DNA of 64,000 bases from a bacterium (GCA_021787535.1 JAJYLR010000002.1:24556-88555); one strand, 5' to 3'; positions 39,048-50,170 are shown, numbered from the stretch's first letter. Made by a program: numbers and translations. Notes: generated from the letters alone by a model not told the origin.

Positions 39048-40997
39048 ATGATGAAAGAACTAGCAATCACCTTAAGTAAAAAAATCTTTGGTATAAAAGT
39101 GCGAAACTCTATTAAAGTTTTTATTTCCAAGCATCCTTATCTGACCGGCAGAGAAAATTATTTTGAAAAGAAGAAGTACAAAGCCGAACTCCAGAATATT
39201 CTAAAAGAGCACAAAGATGTTAAGGGCATCATTATTTATCCGTCTATTTCCGACTGGAATATGCCGCTTACCCAGCGGTTTAATCATCTGGCCAGAACAT
39301 TTTCAAGGGCGGGTTATCTTTTTTTCTACGGCACCCACAATCTTCGCTATGATAAAGTTAACGGTTTTGAGAAAATTGAAAGAAATCTTTATTTAACGAA
39401 TCAGCTTGAGGCTTTAAGGGATATTAAGGATCAGATTCTCTATCTCACTTGGGCGGCAAATAGTTTCTACACCCGAAGGTACAAAGCAAAGTCGATCATT
39501 TATGACTTTGTGGATGACCTTGAAATGTTTCCCTTGATCGGCAATAAGATTTATAAGTGCCACAACGAACTTCTGGAAAAGGCAACCATTATTCCCGTAA
39601 CGGCCAGCAGGTTGTTTGATAGTATTAAAGATAAGAGACCGGATGCATTTTTGTCTCATAACGCAGTACTCTTTGATGTCTGGCATCTGAGCGACAAAAA
39701 CATAAAACCCGACAAGGAGATGAAAAATCTAGTCGGCAAGAAGCCGCTAATCGGTTACTTCGGGTCATTAATTGAGAGCTGTTTTGACTATAACCTTTTA
39801 AAGTATGCGGCCAAAGCGCGTCCGGAATACGACTTTGCTATCAGCGGACCGCTTGACTTCGATACCTCAAACAGCGTGCATAAATGGAGTGACTACCCAA
39901 ATATCCACTTTATCGGAACAGTTCCCAAATATGAAGATTTGGCTGAGAGGATTCATTTTTTTGACGTTTGTACTGTCCCGTTTGTACTAAATGAGGTTAC
40001 TCAGTCTATATCACCTTTAAAACTTTTCGAGTACATGGCGGCAGGCAAACCTATTGTGACTACCGATATGCGGGAATGCAAAAAGTACAAGAGCGTTCTG
40101 GTTGCCAAGACTAAGGAAGAGTTTGTTAAAAACCTAGACAGGGCTATAAAGCTGAAAGACGACCCGAAGTTTCAGACTTTGGTTTTGAAGGAAGCGAAGG
40201 AAAATACCTGGGAAGTTAGAACCAGGGAAATTATTAAGCAGCTGGAGGCGCAAAAAAAGAGGAGACATTCTATACTGGGAGTCGGAGTAGACCCGCATTC
40301 TTTCAGTGAATCGGTTGAGAAAGCCATGAATGCTGCCAGAGAAAGAAAAGGATTTTTTGTTGTGACGGCAAATGCAGAGATCGTCTCAAAAGGCGCCAAA
40401 GATGAAGCTCTAAACGATATTTTTGCCCAAGCCGATATGGTGACCGCGGACGGTTCGGGGGTGGTGCTGGCCGGTAAAATCCTGGGCAAGCATTTTCCGG
40501 AGAGGGTTGGCGGAGCCGATCTTGCTGAAGCGTTAATTCGAGAAGGTTCTAAAGAAGGTTTGAGTTTTTATTTTCTAGGTGCTACCAAGGATATCTTGGA
40601 CAAGGCAGTTAAAAATATCCGCGCCAAGTATCCGCACGTTAAAATTACCGGTTACAGAGATGGCGGAGTCTGCAGTTTAGACGGGAATTTTGAGAAAAAC
40701 AGCGAAATCATTCAGGAAATTAAAAGTTTAAAGCCCAACTTTATATTTGTGGGTTTGGGTTGCCCTAAACAAGAACGGTGGATTGTGAGGCACAAGGAAG
40801 AACTTGGGGCGGTTTGTATAGGATTGGGAGGAACTTTTCGTTATTGGTCAGGCATCGAAAGAAGAGCTCCGAAGTTTATCCAGAAAATGTATATGGAGGG
40901 GGTTTGGCGTTTGATACAAAACCCTAAAAGGCTTGGCAGATTTCTTGCTTTGCCGAAATTCTTTTATAATGTAATGAAGGAAAGGATTGGCTCATGA
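39048..40997 (+). CDS. GT4-like (TuaH-like) glycosyltransferase fused to WecB/TagA/CpsF
   Basis: QRFNHLA, SPLKLFEYMAAGKPIV; then VTANAE, ADGSG, RVGGADL, VGLGCPKQE, RAP. Confidence 0.87.
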   Translation: MMKELAITLSKKIFGIKVRNSIKVFISKHPYLTGRENYFEKKKYKAELQNILKEHKDVKGIIIYPSISDWNMPLTQRFNHLARTFSRAGYLFFYGTHNLRYDKVNGFEKIERNLYLTNQLEALRDIKDQILYLTWAANSFYTRRYKAKSIIYDFVDDLEMFPLIGNKIYKCHNELLEKATIIPVTASRLFDSIKDKRPDAFLSHNAVLFDVWHLSDKNIKPDKEMKNLVGKKPLIGYFGSLIESCFDYNLLKYAAKARPEYDFAISGPLDFDTSNSVHKWSDYPNIHFIGTVPKYEDLAERIHFFDVCTVPFVLNEVTQSISPLKLFEYMAAGKPIVTTDMRECKKYKSVLVAKTKEEFVKNLDRAIKLKDDPKFQTLVLKEAKENTWEVRTREIIKQLEAQKKRRHSILGVGVDPHSFSESVEKAMNAARERKGFFVVTANAEIVSKGAKDEALNDIFAQADMVTADGSGVVLAGKILGKHFPERVGGADLAEALIREGSKEGLSFYFLGATKDILDKAVKNIRAKYPHVKITGYRDGGVCSLDGNFEKNSEIIQEIKSLKPNFIFVGLGCPKQERWIVRHKEELGAVCIGLGGTFRYWSGIERRAPKFIQKMYMEGVWRLIQNPKRLGRFLALPKFFYNVMKERIGS

Positions 40998-41434
40998 TAC
41001 TAGATAAAGAGGGCAAGATTTTCGGGAAAGTTAATATACTGGACTTTTTAGCGGCTGTTTTTGTGATAGCCGTTTTGGGGTTCATAGGGTTTAAATTTTT
41101 AAAAACGGACTCCAGGGCTAAGTCTGTCGAGCCGATGACGGTGACTGTATATGTAGATAATGTGCAGCCCGATATAGCAAAGAGTATGCAAGGGGTAAAG
41201 CAAGTTTATTTTGGGCGGGGACTAGTGAAAACTCCAGTATCGAATGTCCAGGTTTTGTCCATGCCGGCAGGGTCGGGACGGCCAGACTTCAAAGAGGTGA
41301 GGGTTACATTATCCGGAAGCGGTTACGTTTACTCTGATGGCGCTTATTTTGACGATCAGAGAGTATCGCTTGGCGAAAAGGTTTGGCTCAGGTCTATCTA
41401 TGAACTTGAGACAACCGTAATGAAAATTAACTAA
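40994..41434 (+). CDS. DUF4330-like membrane-anchored protein
   Basis: MILDKEGKIFGKVNILD followed by a TM helix. Confidence 0.7.
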   Translation: MILDKEGKIFGKVNILDFLAAVFVIAVLGFIGFKFLKTDSRAKSVEPMTVTVYVDNVQPDIAKSMQGVKQVYFGRGLVKTPVSNVQVLSMPAGSGRPDFKEVRVTLSGSGYVYSDGAYFDDQRVSLGEKVWLRSIYELETTVMKIN

Positions 41435-42897
41435 TGAAAGCGAATTTTCAAAATATCTATGCAAGCAGCAGGTTTGCTTCTCTTGCGCGGAAGCTTTCTT
41501 TTTTCTGTGAAAATAGCTTCGTTTTTAAGCAGAGGGAATATTTCAAAAACAGCCGGCTGAGTTGGCCGGAGCTATGGAGAAATAGCAAATTTTTTAGTAC
41601 CTTGTCATCTGGTCTTGATCGGCTAAGACCTCAGATTCAGTCCGGATTTCTTGATAAACTGACACTTCTTCTTTTCTTCATAATATTTCTCTTTACGCCA
41701 TTTAAAAGCTGGCTGAAAAATGCCTACCCTTCAAACCTTTATACATTTTTGGTGCCTGTGGCGCTGGTATTAATCGCCGCTTGGCTTTTAGCCAGAAAGA
41801 GGTCGGAAAAGATGCATTTTACCTTAGCTGACCTTGGAATAATATTTATAGTCTTCAGTATTTTAGTTTCTTCTTTTGCCAGCCTTTTTACTTATGGACA
41901 AGTCAAAAATATATATTATGAAGGGTTTATCTGGCTTTCATACATTGCCGTTTTCTATATCGGCCGGACAATCTTTCAGACAAAAAAACAACTTAAGGTA
42001 TTTCTAGCCTTCAATTTATTTATTGTCTTTGTCGTTTCTCTCATAGGGATCGGCCAGCTGGTTTTAGGCGTCCAGACGCCCCAGTGGATTGAAGGTTTTG
42101 AACTGATAAAAACCAGAATATTTTCAACGCTAGACAATCCGATCATTTTATCCGGGTATTTAAATATCTTTTTCTTTATAGCTCTAGGGATTTTTTTCGG
42201 GTTAAAGCGTCTCAAAAGTAAACTGTTACTCCTGCCGTTATTTGCTGTTATGCTAGTTGCTTTAGTTCTGACTTTTTCGAGGAGCGGCTGGATCGGCTTG
42301 GTGTTGGGTTTGCTCTTTTTCTTCTTCATTTATAAACCCAAATATATTTTGGGTATTATACCGCTTTCCATATTTTCTCTGCTTGTGATCCCAAAAAGTT
42401 ATTTTTATCGTCTTACTGATATCTTCGACAGCCGATATAACGCCATTTCTTCTGTTTCTGGCAGGACATGGACCTTGCATAATGTTTTTCATATACTACC
42501 GCATCACCTTCTTTTTGGAGTTGGGCCGGGGATGTATGGTGGAGAAGTTGCCTTTAAAACGAGTCCATCCATAGTTTACATGGAAGGTATTCAAGGCGGA
42601 GCAGTACCGATGCAAAACACAGATAATCAGTTTCTGCAAATCCTGATAGAGCAGGGTTTGCTTGGTATCTTAGCTTTCATTTTTTTTGCTCTAGCTATCC
42701 TATGCTCAGGGCTCATAGTTTATCAGCACTTGAATGATAGATTGTTAAAAATGCTAGCACTAGGGATTACGACTGCTTTTTTTGCTTTTTTAGTGCAGAG
42801 CGTCTTCACTGACAGCCTGCAGTTTCCTCAAATGGCACTGACTATGTTTGGATTTTTAGGGATATTACTATCTTTGCCAAGAATAAAATTGACTTAG
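41434..42897 (+). CDS. O-antigen ligase / Wzy_C family protein
   Basis: RIFSTLDNP, TFSRSGW, FGVGPG, DNQFLQILIEQGLLG. Confidence 0.88.
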   Translation: MKANFQNIYASSRFASLARKLSFFCENSFVFKQREYFKNSRLSWPELWRNSKFFSTLSSGLDRLRPQIQSGFLDKLTLLLFFIIFLFTPFKSWLKNAYPSNLYTFLVPVALVLIAAWLLARKRSEKMHFTLADLGIIFIVFSILVSSFASLFTYGQVKNIYYEGFIWLSYIAVFYIGRTIFQTKKQLKVFLAFNLFIVFVVSLIGIGQLVLGVQTPQWIEGFELIKTRIFSTLDNPIILSGYLNIFFFIALGIFFGLKRLKSKLLLLPLFAVMLVALVLTFSRSGWIGLVLGLLFFFFIYKPKYILGIIPLSIFSLLVIPKSYFYRLTDIFDSRYNAISSVSGRTWTLHNVFHILPHHLLFGVGPGMYGGEVAFKTSPSIVYMEGIQGGAVPMQNTDNQFLQILIEQGLLGILAFIFFALAILCSGLIVYQHLNDRLLKMLALGITTAFFAFLVQSVFTDSLQFPQMALTMFGFLGILLSLPRIKLT

Positions 42898-42945
42898 ATC
42901 TTTCAACTTTTTATACTTAAATTTTAATCATTCAAAAGGAGGATT

Positions 42946-44334
42946 ATGAATAAATTAAAAATTTACCCTGTTATTTTAGCCGGAGGCAGCGGTACTCGGC
43001 TCTGGCCATTTTCTCGGGAGGCGACGCCGAAGCAGCTACTCTCGCTAACAGACGAGAAATCACTTATTGAAAAATCGGTTGCCAGATGCAAATATTTTAC
43101 GAAAGAAAATGTTCGTGTTGTTGCCATAGTGGACTTAGCGGAAAAGATTAGACACCACACTACAAATGACCAAATTATTTATATAGAAGAACCTATGAAA
43201 AGAGGTACGGCCGCAGCGATTGCTCTTGCTGTTCGAGAGATTTATAAAAAAGATCCTACCGGAGTGATAGCTGTTCTGACGGCCGACCATGAACTAGATG
43301 ATCAGAAGCTGGCGGAAGATTTGAAAATGGCAGCCCATGCAGCTTCTAGGGAAAATTCGATTACATTACTCGGCATAAAGCCAACAAGTCCTGAAACTGG
43401 TTATGGCTATATTAAGTTAGGCAAAAAATTGGATGGATTTAAAGATTGCTATGTCTCAGGTGGATTTGTAGAGAAGCCAAATAAGGACACGGCAGAAAAG
43501 TATTTAAGAAATGGTAATTATCTCTGGAATTCCGGTATGTTTGTGGCTACAGCTGAAACATTTGTTCAGGAATTTAAAAGACATTTGCCGCAAACAGCAA
43601 GTTTAATCGCAGCAACAACCAGTGACGTTGATAAAGTATTTGGATCACTGCCAAAAGTGTCGTTTGATGATGGAGTGCTAGAGAAGACAAAAAACATTAC
43701 CGTACTCGAAACTGATATTTACTGGAATGATCTAGGCAGTTGGCAAAGTGTCTATGAACTTCTCCCAAAAGATGAAGGCCATAACTATATTGATAATGGA
43801 TGTATATCTCAAAACAACGACCATACTATGATTTTTAATAAAAAAGATCGGCTTGTGGTAGGTATTGGCCTCAAAAACACCGTGATTGTTGATACTGAGG
43901 ATGCGACTTTGGTCTGTGACATGGATATGACTCAAGAAGTTAAAGAAGTTGTTGAAACGATTAAACAAAGCGGCCGCAAAGAACACCTGGAACATAAGAC
44001 AACTCACAGGCCATGGGGAAGATATACCATTCTTGATGAAGGCGAAGGATTTAAAGTTAAGTTTATACATGTTAAACCCGGAGCAAAATTATCCCTTCAG
44101 TCGCATAAACACAGAAGTGAACATTGGATAGTTGTGAAGGGTGAGGCCAAGATTACGAATGGCGATAAGGTAATCATTCTAAAGCAAAACGAGAGCACCT
44201 TTATCCCGGCAAAATCAAAGCATAGATTAGAAAATGATAATAAATCGGAACTTACGATCGTTGAGGTTCAGAGCGGATCATACTTAGGAGAAGATGATAT
44301 CGTCAGATATGATGATATGTATGAAAGAAAATAG
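42946..44334 (+). CDS. manC: Mannose-1-phosphate guanylyltransferase / mannose-6-phosphate isomerase
   Basis: ILAGGSGTRLWP.SR...PKQ, FVEKP, RPWG, LSLQSHKHRSEHW. Confidence 0.95.
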   Translation: MNKLKIYPVILAGGSGTRLWPFSREATPKQLLSLTDEKSLIEKSVARCKYFTKENVRVVAIVDLAEKIRHHTTNDQIIYIEEPMKRGTAAAIALAVREIYKKDPTGVIAVLTADHELDDQKLAEDLKMAAHAASRENSITLLGIKPTSPETGYGYIKLGKKLDGFKDCYVSGGFVEKPNKDTAEKYLRNGNYLWNSGMFVATAETFVQEFKRHLPQTASLIAATTSDVDKVFGSLPKVSFDDGVLEKTKNITVLETDIYWNDLGSWQSVYELLPKDEGHNYIDNGCISQNNDHTMIFNKKDRLVVGIGLKNTVIVDTEDATLVCDMDMTQEVKEVVETIKQSGRKEHLEHKTTHRPWGRYTILDEGEGFKVKFIHVKPGAKLSLQSHKHRSEHWIVVKGEAKITNGDKVIILKQNESTFIPAKSKHRLENDNKSELTIVEVQSGSYLGEDDIVRYDDMYERK

Positions 44335-44594
44335 TCATGGAATTTATTTTGGGAAGTTGTACTGGTGATTTGCGACAGCCAAGGATGCCAATACATATCT
44401 TCATACTTATCCTTAACCTTGGATAATTTATATCTGACATGCCTGATAGACTAGCTGTTCGGGGGGTTGGCCCTTGGCCGATTGAAATTTCTTGCTAAAA
44501 ACTGAGATATTCCGCACATTATCGCTGATTAATATATTAATATATAAATATTAGCGTAGTGATTTTTTGAAGATTTCAGTTCAAAATTGGCCAA

Positions 44595-44622
44595 AAATAG
44601 TGTCAGTAAGCTGACACTATTT
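44595..44622. repeat. Perfect 12-bp inverted repeat (REP-like hairpin or operator)
   Basis: AAATAGTGTCAG-taag-CTGACACTATTT. Confidence 0.55.
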
Positions 44623-44743
44623 GAGGATTGTTTTTAATTAATCTTTGGATACGAAGTAATCAGCCTTCTGGTGAAGCCCTACAAGATTTGCCGGGAAGTT
44701 TGCTGTAGCAAAGCGAGCATAAAAGTAGTATAATAGCTCTCAC

Positions 44744-45751
44744 ATGATAGAAGTTTTGGTTTTTAGTTTAGTGCTTAGCTACCTTCTTTGTATCGCTGTC
44801 AGAAAAGCCCTCATACATTTCAATGTTTTGGCAGCGCCGAGCGAGAGAAAGGTTCATAAGGAAGCTATTCCGGAAGGCGGGGGAATAGCTATTTTTATTA
44901 CGGTTATTTTGACCTCTCTCTTATTTGCGGGCTTTCACAGAGAGTTTCTTGGCTTCTATGTCGGGGCGACTCTCATGTTCATAATGGGGCTTATTGATGA
45001 CGTTTTCGACATTCGAGCCAGGTATAAGCTTCTGGGGCAAATAGCGGCGATCGGACTTGCGATGTATCTAGGGCTCACTATTGAATTTGTCACCGGGCGT
45101 GACAGCGTTGTGCACACTGGTATTTTTTCTATTCCGCTTACATTTCTCTGGCTGCTTGGCATCACCAACGCCATTAACTTAATTGACGGTCTGGACGGCT
45201 TATCCGGAGGAGTAGGATCGATCGTGGCTGTTGTGCTTGGAATAGTGGCTCTGGGGCAAGGCAGAGGAGATGTGGCAACGATTGCCTTCATATTAGCCGC
45301 AGCGACTATAGGATTCTTGCCTCATAATTTTTCTGGAAAGAAAAAAATGTTCATCGGAGATACCGGATCACAGTTTTTAGGATTTTCTCTCGCCGGTTTG
45401 GCTATTCTCGGAGTGACTAAAGTCGCGGCCACCTTTGTTATCTTGGCGCCGGTTATGATTTTAGCAATTCCGATCTTTGACACGGTTTTTGCCATAATCC
45501 GCCGTACTAAAAACGGCCAGAAAATCTTTGTGGCTGATCGAGGGCACCTTCACCACCGTCTGCTCGACCTGGGCTTTACAGAAAAGAAAGCCGTAACCTT
45601 TATCTATTATGTCACTGTACTTCTTGGCTTTGTAGCTATTTTTTCAACTACCTTGAGACCAAAGGACGCTGTGATACTTTTCGTTATCACTGTGGGAATC
45701 ATTGCGGCTCTTTCTTTCATGTTAGCCCGCCAGCATCGGCTGAAAAAATAG
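44744..45751 (+). CDS. wecA: WecA/TagO undecaprenyl-phosphate GlcNAc-1-P transferase
   Basis: RKVH...P..GG, GLIDD, NAINLIDGLDGL, FIGDTGS, DRGHLHHRL. Confidence 0.93.
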   Translation: MIEVLVFSLVLSYLLCIAVRKALIHFNVLAAPSERKVHKEAIPEGGGIAIFITVILTSLLFAGFHREFLGFYVGATLMFIMGLIDDVFDIRARYKLLGQIAAIGLAMYLGLTIEFVTGRDSVVHTGIFSIPLTFLWLLGITNAINLIDGLDGLSGGVGSIVAVVLGIVALGQGRGDVATIAFILAAATIGFLPHNFSGKKKMFIGDTGSQFLGFSLAGLAILGVTKVAATFVILAPVMILAIPIFDTVFAIIRRTKNGQKIFVADRGHLHHRLLDLGFTEKKAVTFIYYVTVLLGFVAIFSTTLRPKDAVILFVITVGIIAALSFMLARQHRLKK

Positions 45752-45898
45752 TCTGGAATTCCCTTTAAGTTTGTGCTAATATATTTTTGACGAGGGGTTT
45801 CTGGAAAGAAGCTTTTTTTAAATCCCGCGCACTATTTGCAAAATGCGGGGCAAGCAAAAATTAAGGTTAAGTTTTACATAAGAAAGGAACAAAAAGGA

Positions 45899-47917
45899 AT
45901 GAACAGTTATCTTCTGTTTGCGCTAGGCGCTTCAGCTGCCAGTATTTTATACGGCATATATCTTATCAAATGGATTTTAGGCAAAAGTGATGGAAATGAC
46001 AAAATGAAAGAAATCGCATCCGCGATCCAGGAAGGCGCTAAAGCATATTTAAACAGGCAATACAAAACTATATTCTTAGTAGCGATTTTGGTTTTCGGAG
46101 CTCTCCTTTTTACCTTGGGAGTGAACACGGCTTTCGGCTTTTTAATCGGTGCAGCAGCTTCGGCATTGGCCGGCTATATCGGGATGAATATCTCAGTAAG
46201 AGCTAACGTCAGGACGGCCGAAGCGGCTAAAAAAGGTATGAAAGAAGCGCTTGAAGTAGCGGTAAAAGGCGGTGCCGTCACCGGATTTTTAGTAGTCGGG
46301 CTGGCGCTTCTTGTTATTACCCTCTTCTGGATGGTTACGCATGATGCCAAAGCTCTCGTCGGTCTTGGTTTTGGGGGCTCTTTGATTTCCGTTTTTGCCC
46401 GTCTTGGCGGAGGTATTTATACCAAAGGCGCCGATGTGGGCGCTGATCTCGTCGGCAAGGTTGAGGCCGGCATTCCGGAAGACGATCCTAGAAATCCGGC
46501 TGTTATCGCAGACAATGTCGGCGATAATGTCGGCGATTGCGCCGGGATGGCGGCCGATCTTTTTGAAACTTACGCCGTCACAGCCGTAGCGGCAATCCTA
46601 CTGGGCACGCTTGTATTCGGCGACTTTAAAAATGCGGTTTATTATCCGCTTGTGATTGGCGGAGTTTCCATTGTCGCTTCTGTGATTGGCTCGTTTTTTA
46701 TCAGGATGGGAAACAGCAAAAATATCATGGGCGCGCTCTATAAAGGATTGATAGTCTCTGCCGGCATTTCGGCGATAGCATTTTACTTTGTGACTCAAAA
46801 ACTCATGACAGGAAACGGCCTTTACACTCCTGAGAATCTCTACTTTGCTTCCCTGATCGGCTTAGTCGTAACCGCAGGCATGGTTATTATTACCGAATAC
46901 TTTACTTCCACTAAATACAAGCCGGTTAAGTCAATTGCGAAATCTTCTGAAAGCGGCCATGGCACTAATATTATTACCGGGTTGGCTGTTAGTATGAAGT
47001 CCACTGCTTTGCCGGTTCTTTTAATAGGTGCGGCAATTATTGTTTCCTTTAGTTTAGCCGATATTTACGGGGTGGCCGTAGCGGTCATGAGCATGCTTTC
47101 GATGGCGGGAATTATTATTACAATCGATTCTTACGGTCCTATCACGGATAACGCCGGCGGAATAGCCGAGATGGCCGAACTGCCGGCTAAAGTCAGGGCT
47201 ATCACCGATCCTTTGGATGCAGTAGGAAACACAACCAAGGCGGTGACCAAAGGTTATGCCATCGCTTCTGCGGGACTTGCGGCAATAGTCCTTTTCTCGG
47301 CCTTTACGGAAGAGCTTGCCAAAGCCGGAGGTGTCAAGATCAACTTTACCATTTCTGATCCTTATGTTCTCGTCGGGCTTTTTCTGGGCGGACTTCTGCC
47401 TTATATCTTTGCAGCCCTTTCCATGGAAGCGGTTGGTAAAGCGGCTGGCGCCGTTGTGGCTGAAGTAAGAAGACAGTTTAAAGAAATTAAAGGCATCATG
47501 ACCGGCAAAGCGAAGCCCGAATATGGGAAATGCGTGGATATCGTTACAAAATCAGCCATCAGGCAAATGATTATGCCGGCCCTTTTGCCTGTGCTTGCGC
47601 CTATTGTGATAGTGATTATCGGCAAAGCCCTGGGTGATGAGGTAGCGCCGAAAATGATCGGCGGTTTGCTTGTCGGCTCTATTGTTACCGGAATCTTTGT
47701 GGCCATCAGCATGACTTCAGGCGGAGGCGCTTGGGATAATGCTAAAAAATACATCGAGGACGGGAACTACGGCGGCAAAGGATCGCTGGCCCATCAGGCC
47801 GCCGTGACCGGAGACACGGTAGGAGATCCCTATAAAGATACTGCCGGACCGGCCATCAATCCGATGATCAAGATCTTAAACATTGTTGCGCTGCTGCTTG
47901 TAAGCTTGATGTTCTAA
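45899..47917 (+). CDS. hppA: Membrane-bound pyrophosphatase, K+-independent (H+-pumping) type
   Basis: [35 protein letters not shown] (Lys determinant), [10 protein letters not shown]. Confidence 0.95.
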   Translation: MNSYLLFALGASAASILYGIYLIKWILGKSDGNDKMKEIASAIQEGAKAYLNRQYKTIFLVAILVFGALLFTLGVNTAFGFLIGAAASALAGYIGMNISVRANVRTAEAAKKGMKEALEVAVKGGAVTGFLVVGLALLVITLFWMVTHDAKALVGLGFGGSLISVFARLGGGIYTKGADVGADLVGKVEAGIPEDDPRNPAVIADNVGDNVGDCAGMAADLFETYAVTAVAAILLGTLVFGDFKNAVYYPLVIGGVSIVASVIGSFFIRMGNSKNIMGALYKGLIVSAGISAIAFYFVTQKLMTGNGLYTPENLYFASLIGLVVTAGMVIITEYFTSTKYKPVKSIAKSSESGHGTNIITGLAVSMKSTALPVLLIGAAIIVSFSLADIYGVAVAVMSMLSMAGIIITIDSYGPITDNAGGIAEMAELPAKVRAITDPLDAVGNTTKAVTKGYAIASAGLAAIVLFSAFTEELAKAGGVKINFTISDPYVLVGLFLGGLLPYIFAALSMEAVGKAAGAVVAEVRRQFKEIKGIMTGKAKPEYGKCVDIVTKSAIRQMIMPALLPVLAPIVIVIIGKALGDEVAPKMIGGLLVGSIVTGIFVAISMTSGGGAWDNAKKYIEDGNYGGKGSLAHQAAVTGDTVGDPYKDTAGPAINPMIKILNIVALLLVSLMF

Positions 47918-47933
47918 AATCTTATTATCCTTT

Positions 47934-47961
47934 AAAAGGGCCCGCATAAGGGTCCTTTTTT
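47934..47961 (+). terminator. Intrinsic terminator after hppA
   Basis: AAAAGGGCCC-gcataa-GGGTCCTTTTTT. Confidence 0.75.
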
Positions 47962-47981
47962 AGCCAAAGAAAAAACGCTTA

Positions 47982-48245
47982 TTGTTTACTGGGAAGCTTT
48001 TTAAGTGTTATATTAATGAAAGAATGCCTATGCGTATAACAAAAGTGACAGTCGAGAAATTAGATTCGGATTTTGCCGTTTTTCGAGCCGGTGAAATCAG
48101 TTTTGAGGTGCCGAGGGCGCTCTTGCCTGACAACGCAGAAGAGGGCGCTGTGCTTTATTTGGATGTGAAAAGCGATGAAGAAGCCGCGCTTACCCAAGAG
48201 GGCTTGGCGAAAGCAATACTGGGTGAGGTATTAAAGGAAGGTTAG
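47982..48245 (+). CDS. DUF3006-like small protein
   Basis: V.K....FAV ... VPRALLP..A.EG.VL; start probably about 48024-48030. Confidence 0.55.
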   Translation: MFTGKLFKCYINERMPMRITKVTVEKLDSDFAVFRAGEISFEVPRALLPDNAEEGAVLYLDVKSDEEAALTQEGLAKAILGEVLKEG

Positions 48246-48248
48246 ATC

Positions 48249-50018
48249 ATGGAGGCGCATAAAACAGTTGCAAAAAAGCAAAACCAAAGCTGGCGTGAAG
48301 ACAAAAGAGTAATGTATGGATACATTGCCTTATTTGTCTTGGCTCTTATCTATGTCGACGCGCTTTTTTATAATTCCGTAAGGTATGAAGATAGAATTTA
48401 TCCCGGGATAAAGATTGCCGGCACAGATGTAGGGGGGGAAACTAGAGAAGAGGCGGCTCGGCGGATTGCTGAAAAAGTAAAATCCTCCAGCAGTGATATT
48501 GTTTTGAAAGGAAGCCACAGTTACACATTTAGCAAGGAAGATTTGGGTGTTGCCTATGATATCCCAAAGACTGTCGATCATGCTTTTAGCATAGGCAGAG
48601 ACAATGATTTAAATCCGATTAAAAAATATCACGAGGATGTGCCCTTGGCGGTGAATCTTGATTCTGATAAAGTCACAGGTGCTCTGATGGATGTTACCCA
48701 AAAAGAGAATCGAGGTGTTGAAGATGCAAGTGTTTTCATGAGAAACGGCAAACTTCAAACCGAGAAAGAACAAATTGGCAAACGTGTTCTTCTAGGAGAA
48801 AATGTCCGGATGATCCAGGACGGACTTAGCGGACTTGATGATAGTTTTAATCTCAAAATCCGCAATATGGATCCTGCTGTTACAGGGGCGGATATTAACT
48901 CGGCGAAAGATCAGATTCAAAACGCCTTGTCGCAAAAGCTTGTTCTTCAAAATGTCGGGGAAAAATATGTTTTAAATGAGAAAGATATCGCCGGTTTTCT
49001 CTCTTTTCAGTCAAGCAGCAGCAGTTCCCTTGCATATGCTACCAATTTCTCGCAAATTTTTCCGAATGTTGTTCAGGCAGTTCGGGTATCATATGACAGA
49101 AAGGCGATCAGGGATTGGGCGGTTAGGTTTTCCGGCCACATAAACCAGGATCCGAAAAATGCAAAGTTGGCTATGAACGAAGGGGGCTTAACCGTTGTCG
49201 CTTCGAGCAAAGATGGGGTGAAAGTTAATGCAGAAGAACTAACCGATCGGATAAAAGACGCTCTGGTTAATCAAAAACAAACTGTCGATGTTCCTGTTGA
49301 TACCATAAAACCTGAGGTCTCAAGCGATAATTTGGATAAGCTGGGCCTGAAAGAACTAGTTTCGACCGGCTGGACTGACTTCTCTGGTTCGCCGGCGAAT
49401 AGAATTCATAATATTCAAGTCGGTGCGGCAAAATTTAATGGAGTTCTTATAAAACCGGGCGAGGATTTCTCGTTTGACGATACTCTGGGTAATGTTGATG
49501 CTTCTACCGGTTATTTGCCGGAGCTGGTGATACTCAAGGATAAAACAGTGCCTGAGTACGGCGGGGGGCTTTGCCAAGTGTCGTCGACTGCTTTTCGGGC
49601 GGCGCTAAATGCGGGTCTGCCTATTTTAGAACGAGCTGCACATGCTTATCCAGTCGGATACTATAAGCCATATGGGGTTGATGCTACTATTTATCTGCCT
49701 TCTCCGGATTTAATCTTCAAAAATGACACGCCGGGATACATTCTCATTCAAACCAGAATTGCCGGCAACAAACTTTATTTTGATTTCTACGGCACCAAAA
49801 AGCCGGGAAGCATCAAATTTGCCGGTGACGAGAACGCTACTCAGGGAGTTTCATCTACAGTAGAAGGTATTACCCCGACTATTACAGAACAAGACGCGCG
49901 TGGCCCCAAATCTTTTACGGCTACCTTTTACAGGTTTATTTATGATACGGCCGGCAATCTGATCAAGAAAAACTATTGGGTTTCCAAGTACGATTCTCCG
50001 GACAAATACCCTCATTAG
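48249..50018 (+). CDS. VanW family protein with peptidoglycan-binding repeats
   Basis: IYPGIKIAG.DVGG, NRIHNI, PGEDFSF, GGGLCQVSST, DATI..P..D..FKN. Confidence 0.9.
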   Translation: MEAHKTVAKKQNQSWREDKRVMYGYIALFVLALIYVDALFYNSVRYEDRIYPGIKIAGTDVGGETREEAARRIAEKVKSSSSDIVLKGSHSYTFSKEDLGVAYDIPKTVDHAFSIGRDNDLNPIKKYHEDVPLAVNLDSDKVTGALMDVTQKENRGVEDASVFMRNGKLQTEKEQIGKRVLLGENVRMIQDGLSGLDDSFNLKIRNMDPAVTGADINSAKDQIQNALSQKLVLQNVGEKYVLNEKDIAGFLSFQSSSSSSLAYATNFSQIFPNVVQAVRVSYDRKAIRDWAVRFSGHINQDPKNAKLAMNEGGLTVVASSKDGVKVNAEELTDRIKDALVNQKQTVDVPVDTIKPEVSSDNLDKLGLKELVSTGWTDFSGSPANRIHNIQVGAAKFNGVLIKPGEDFSFDDTLGNVDASTGYLPELVILKDKTVPEYGGGLCQVSSTAFRAALNAGLPILERAAHAYPVGYYKPYGVDATIYLPSPDLIFKNDTPGYILIQTRIAGNKLYFDFYGTKKPGSIKFAGDENATQGVSSTVEGITPTITEQDARGPKSFTATFYRFIYDTAGNLIKKNYWVSKYDSPDKYPH

Positions 50019-50088
50019 AAAATTTTCAATTTTCAAGTAACAATTTTCATTGAAATATCAGTCTCCCAAATTCCAAAGCATCAGGATA

Positions 50089-50151
50089 GTACACTAAACT
50101 GGTTTAGTGTACCAAAAAAGTATTGCAAATGGATGATGGCTAAGATATAAT
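50089..50151 (+). promoter_or_regulatory. Operator-like palindrome plus sigma70 promoter
   Basis: GTACACTAAAC-tg-GTTTAGTGTAC (50089-50112); TTGCAA-17-TATAAT (50123-50151). Confidence 0.7.
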
Positions 50152-50170
50152 TGCTTTTGTGAAAAGAAGA

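Noticed and set aside
44450-44520. Minus-strand MCGI-starting mini ORF (GlmS/AsnB-like start)
   Set aside because: 22 codons with no further similarity
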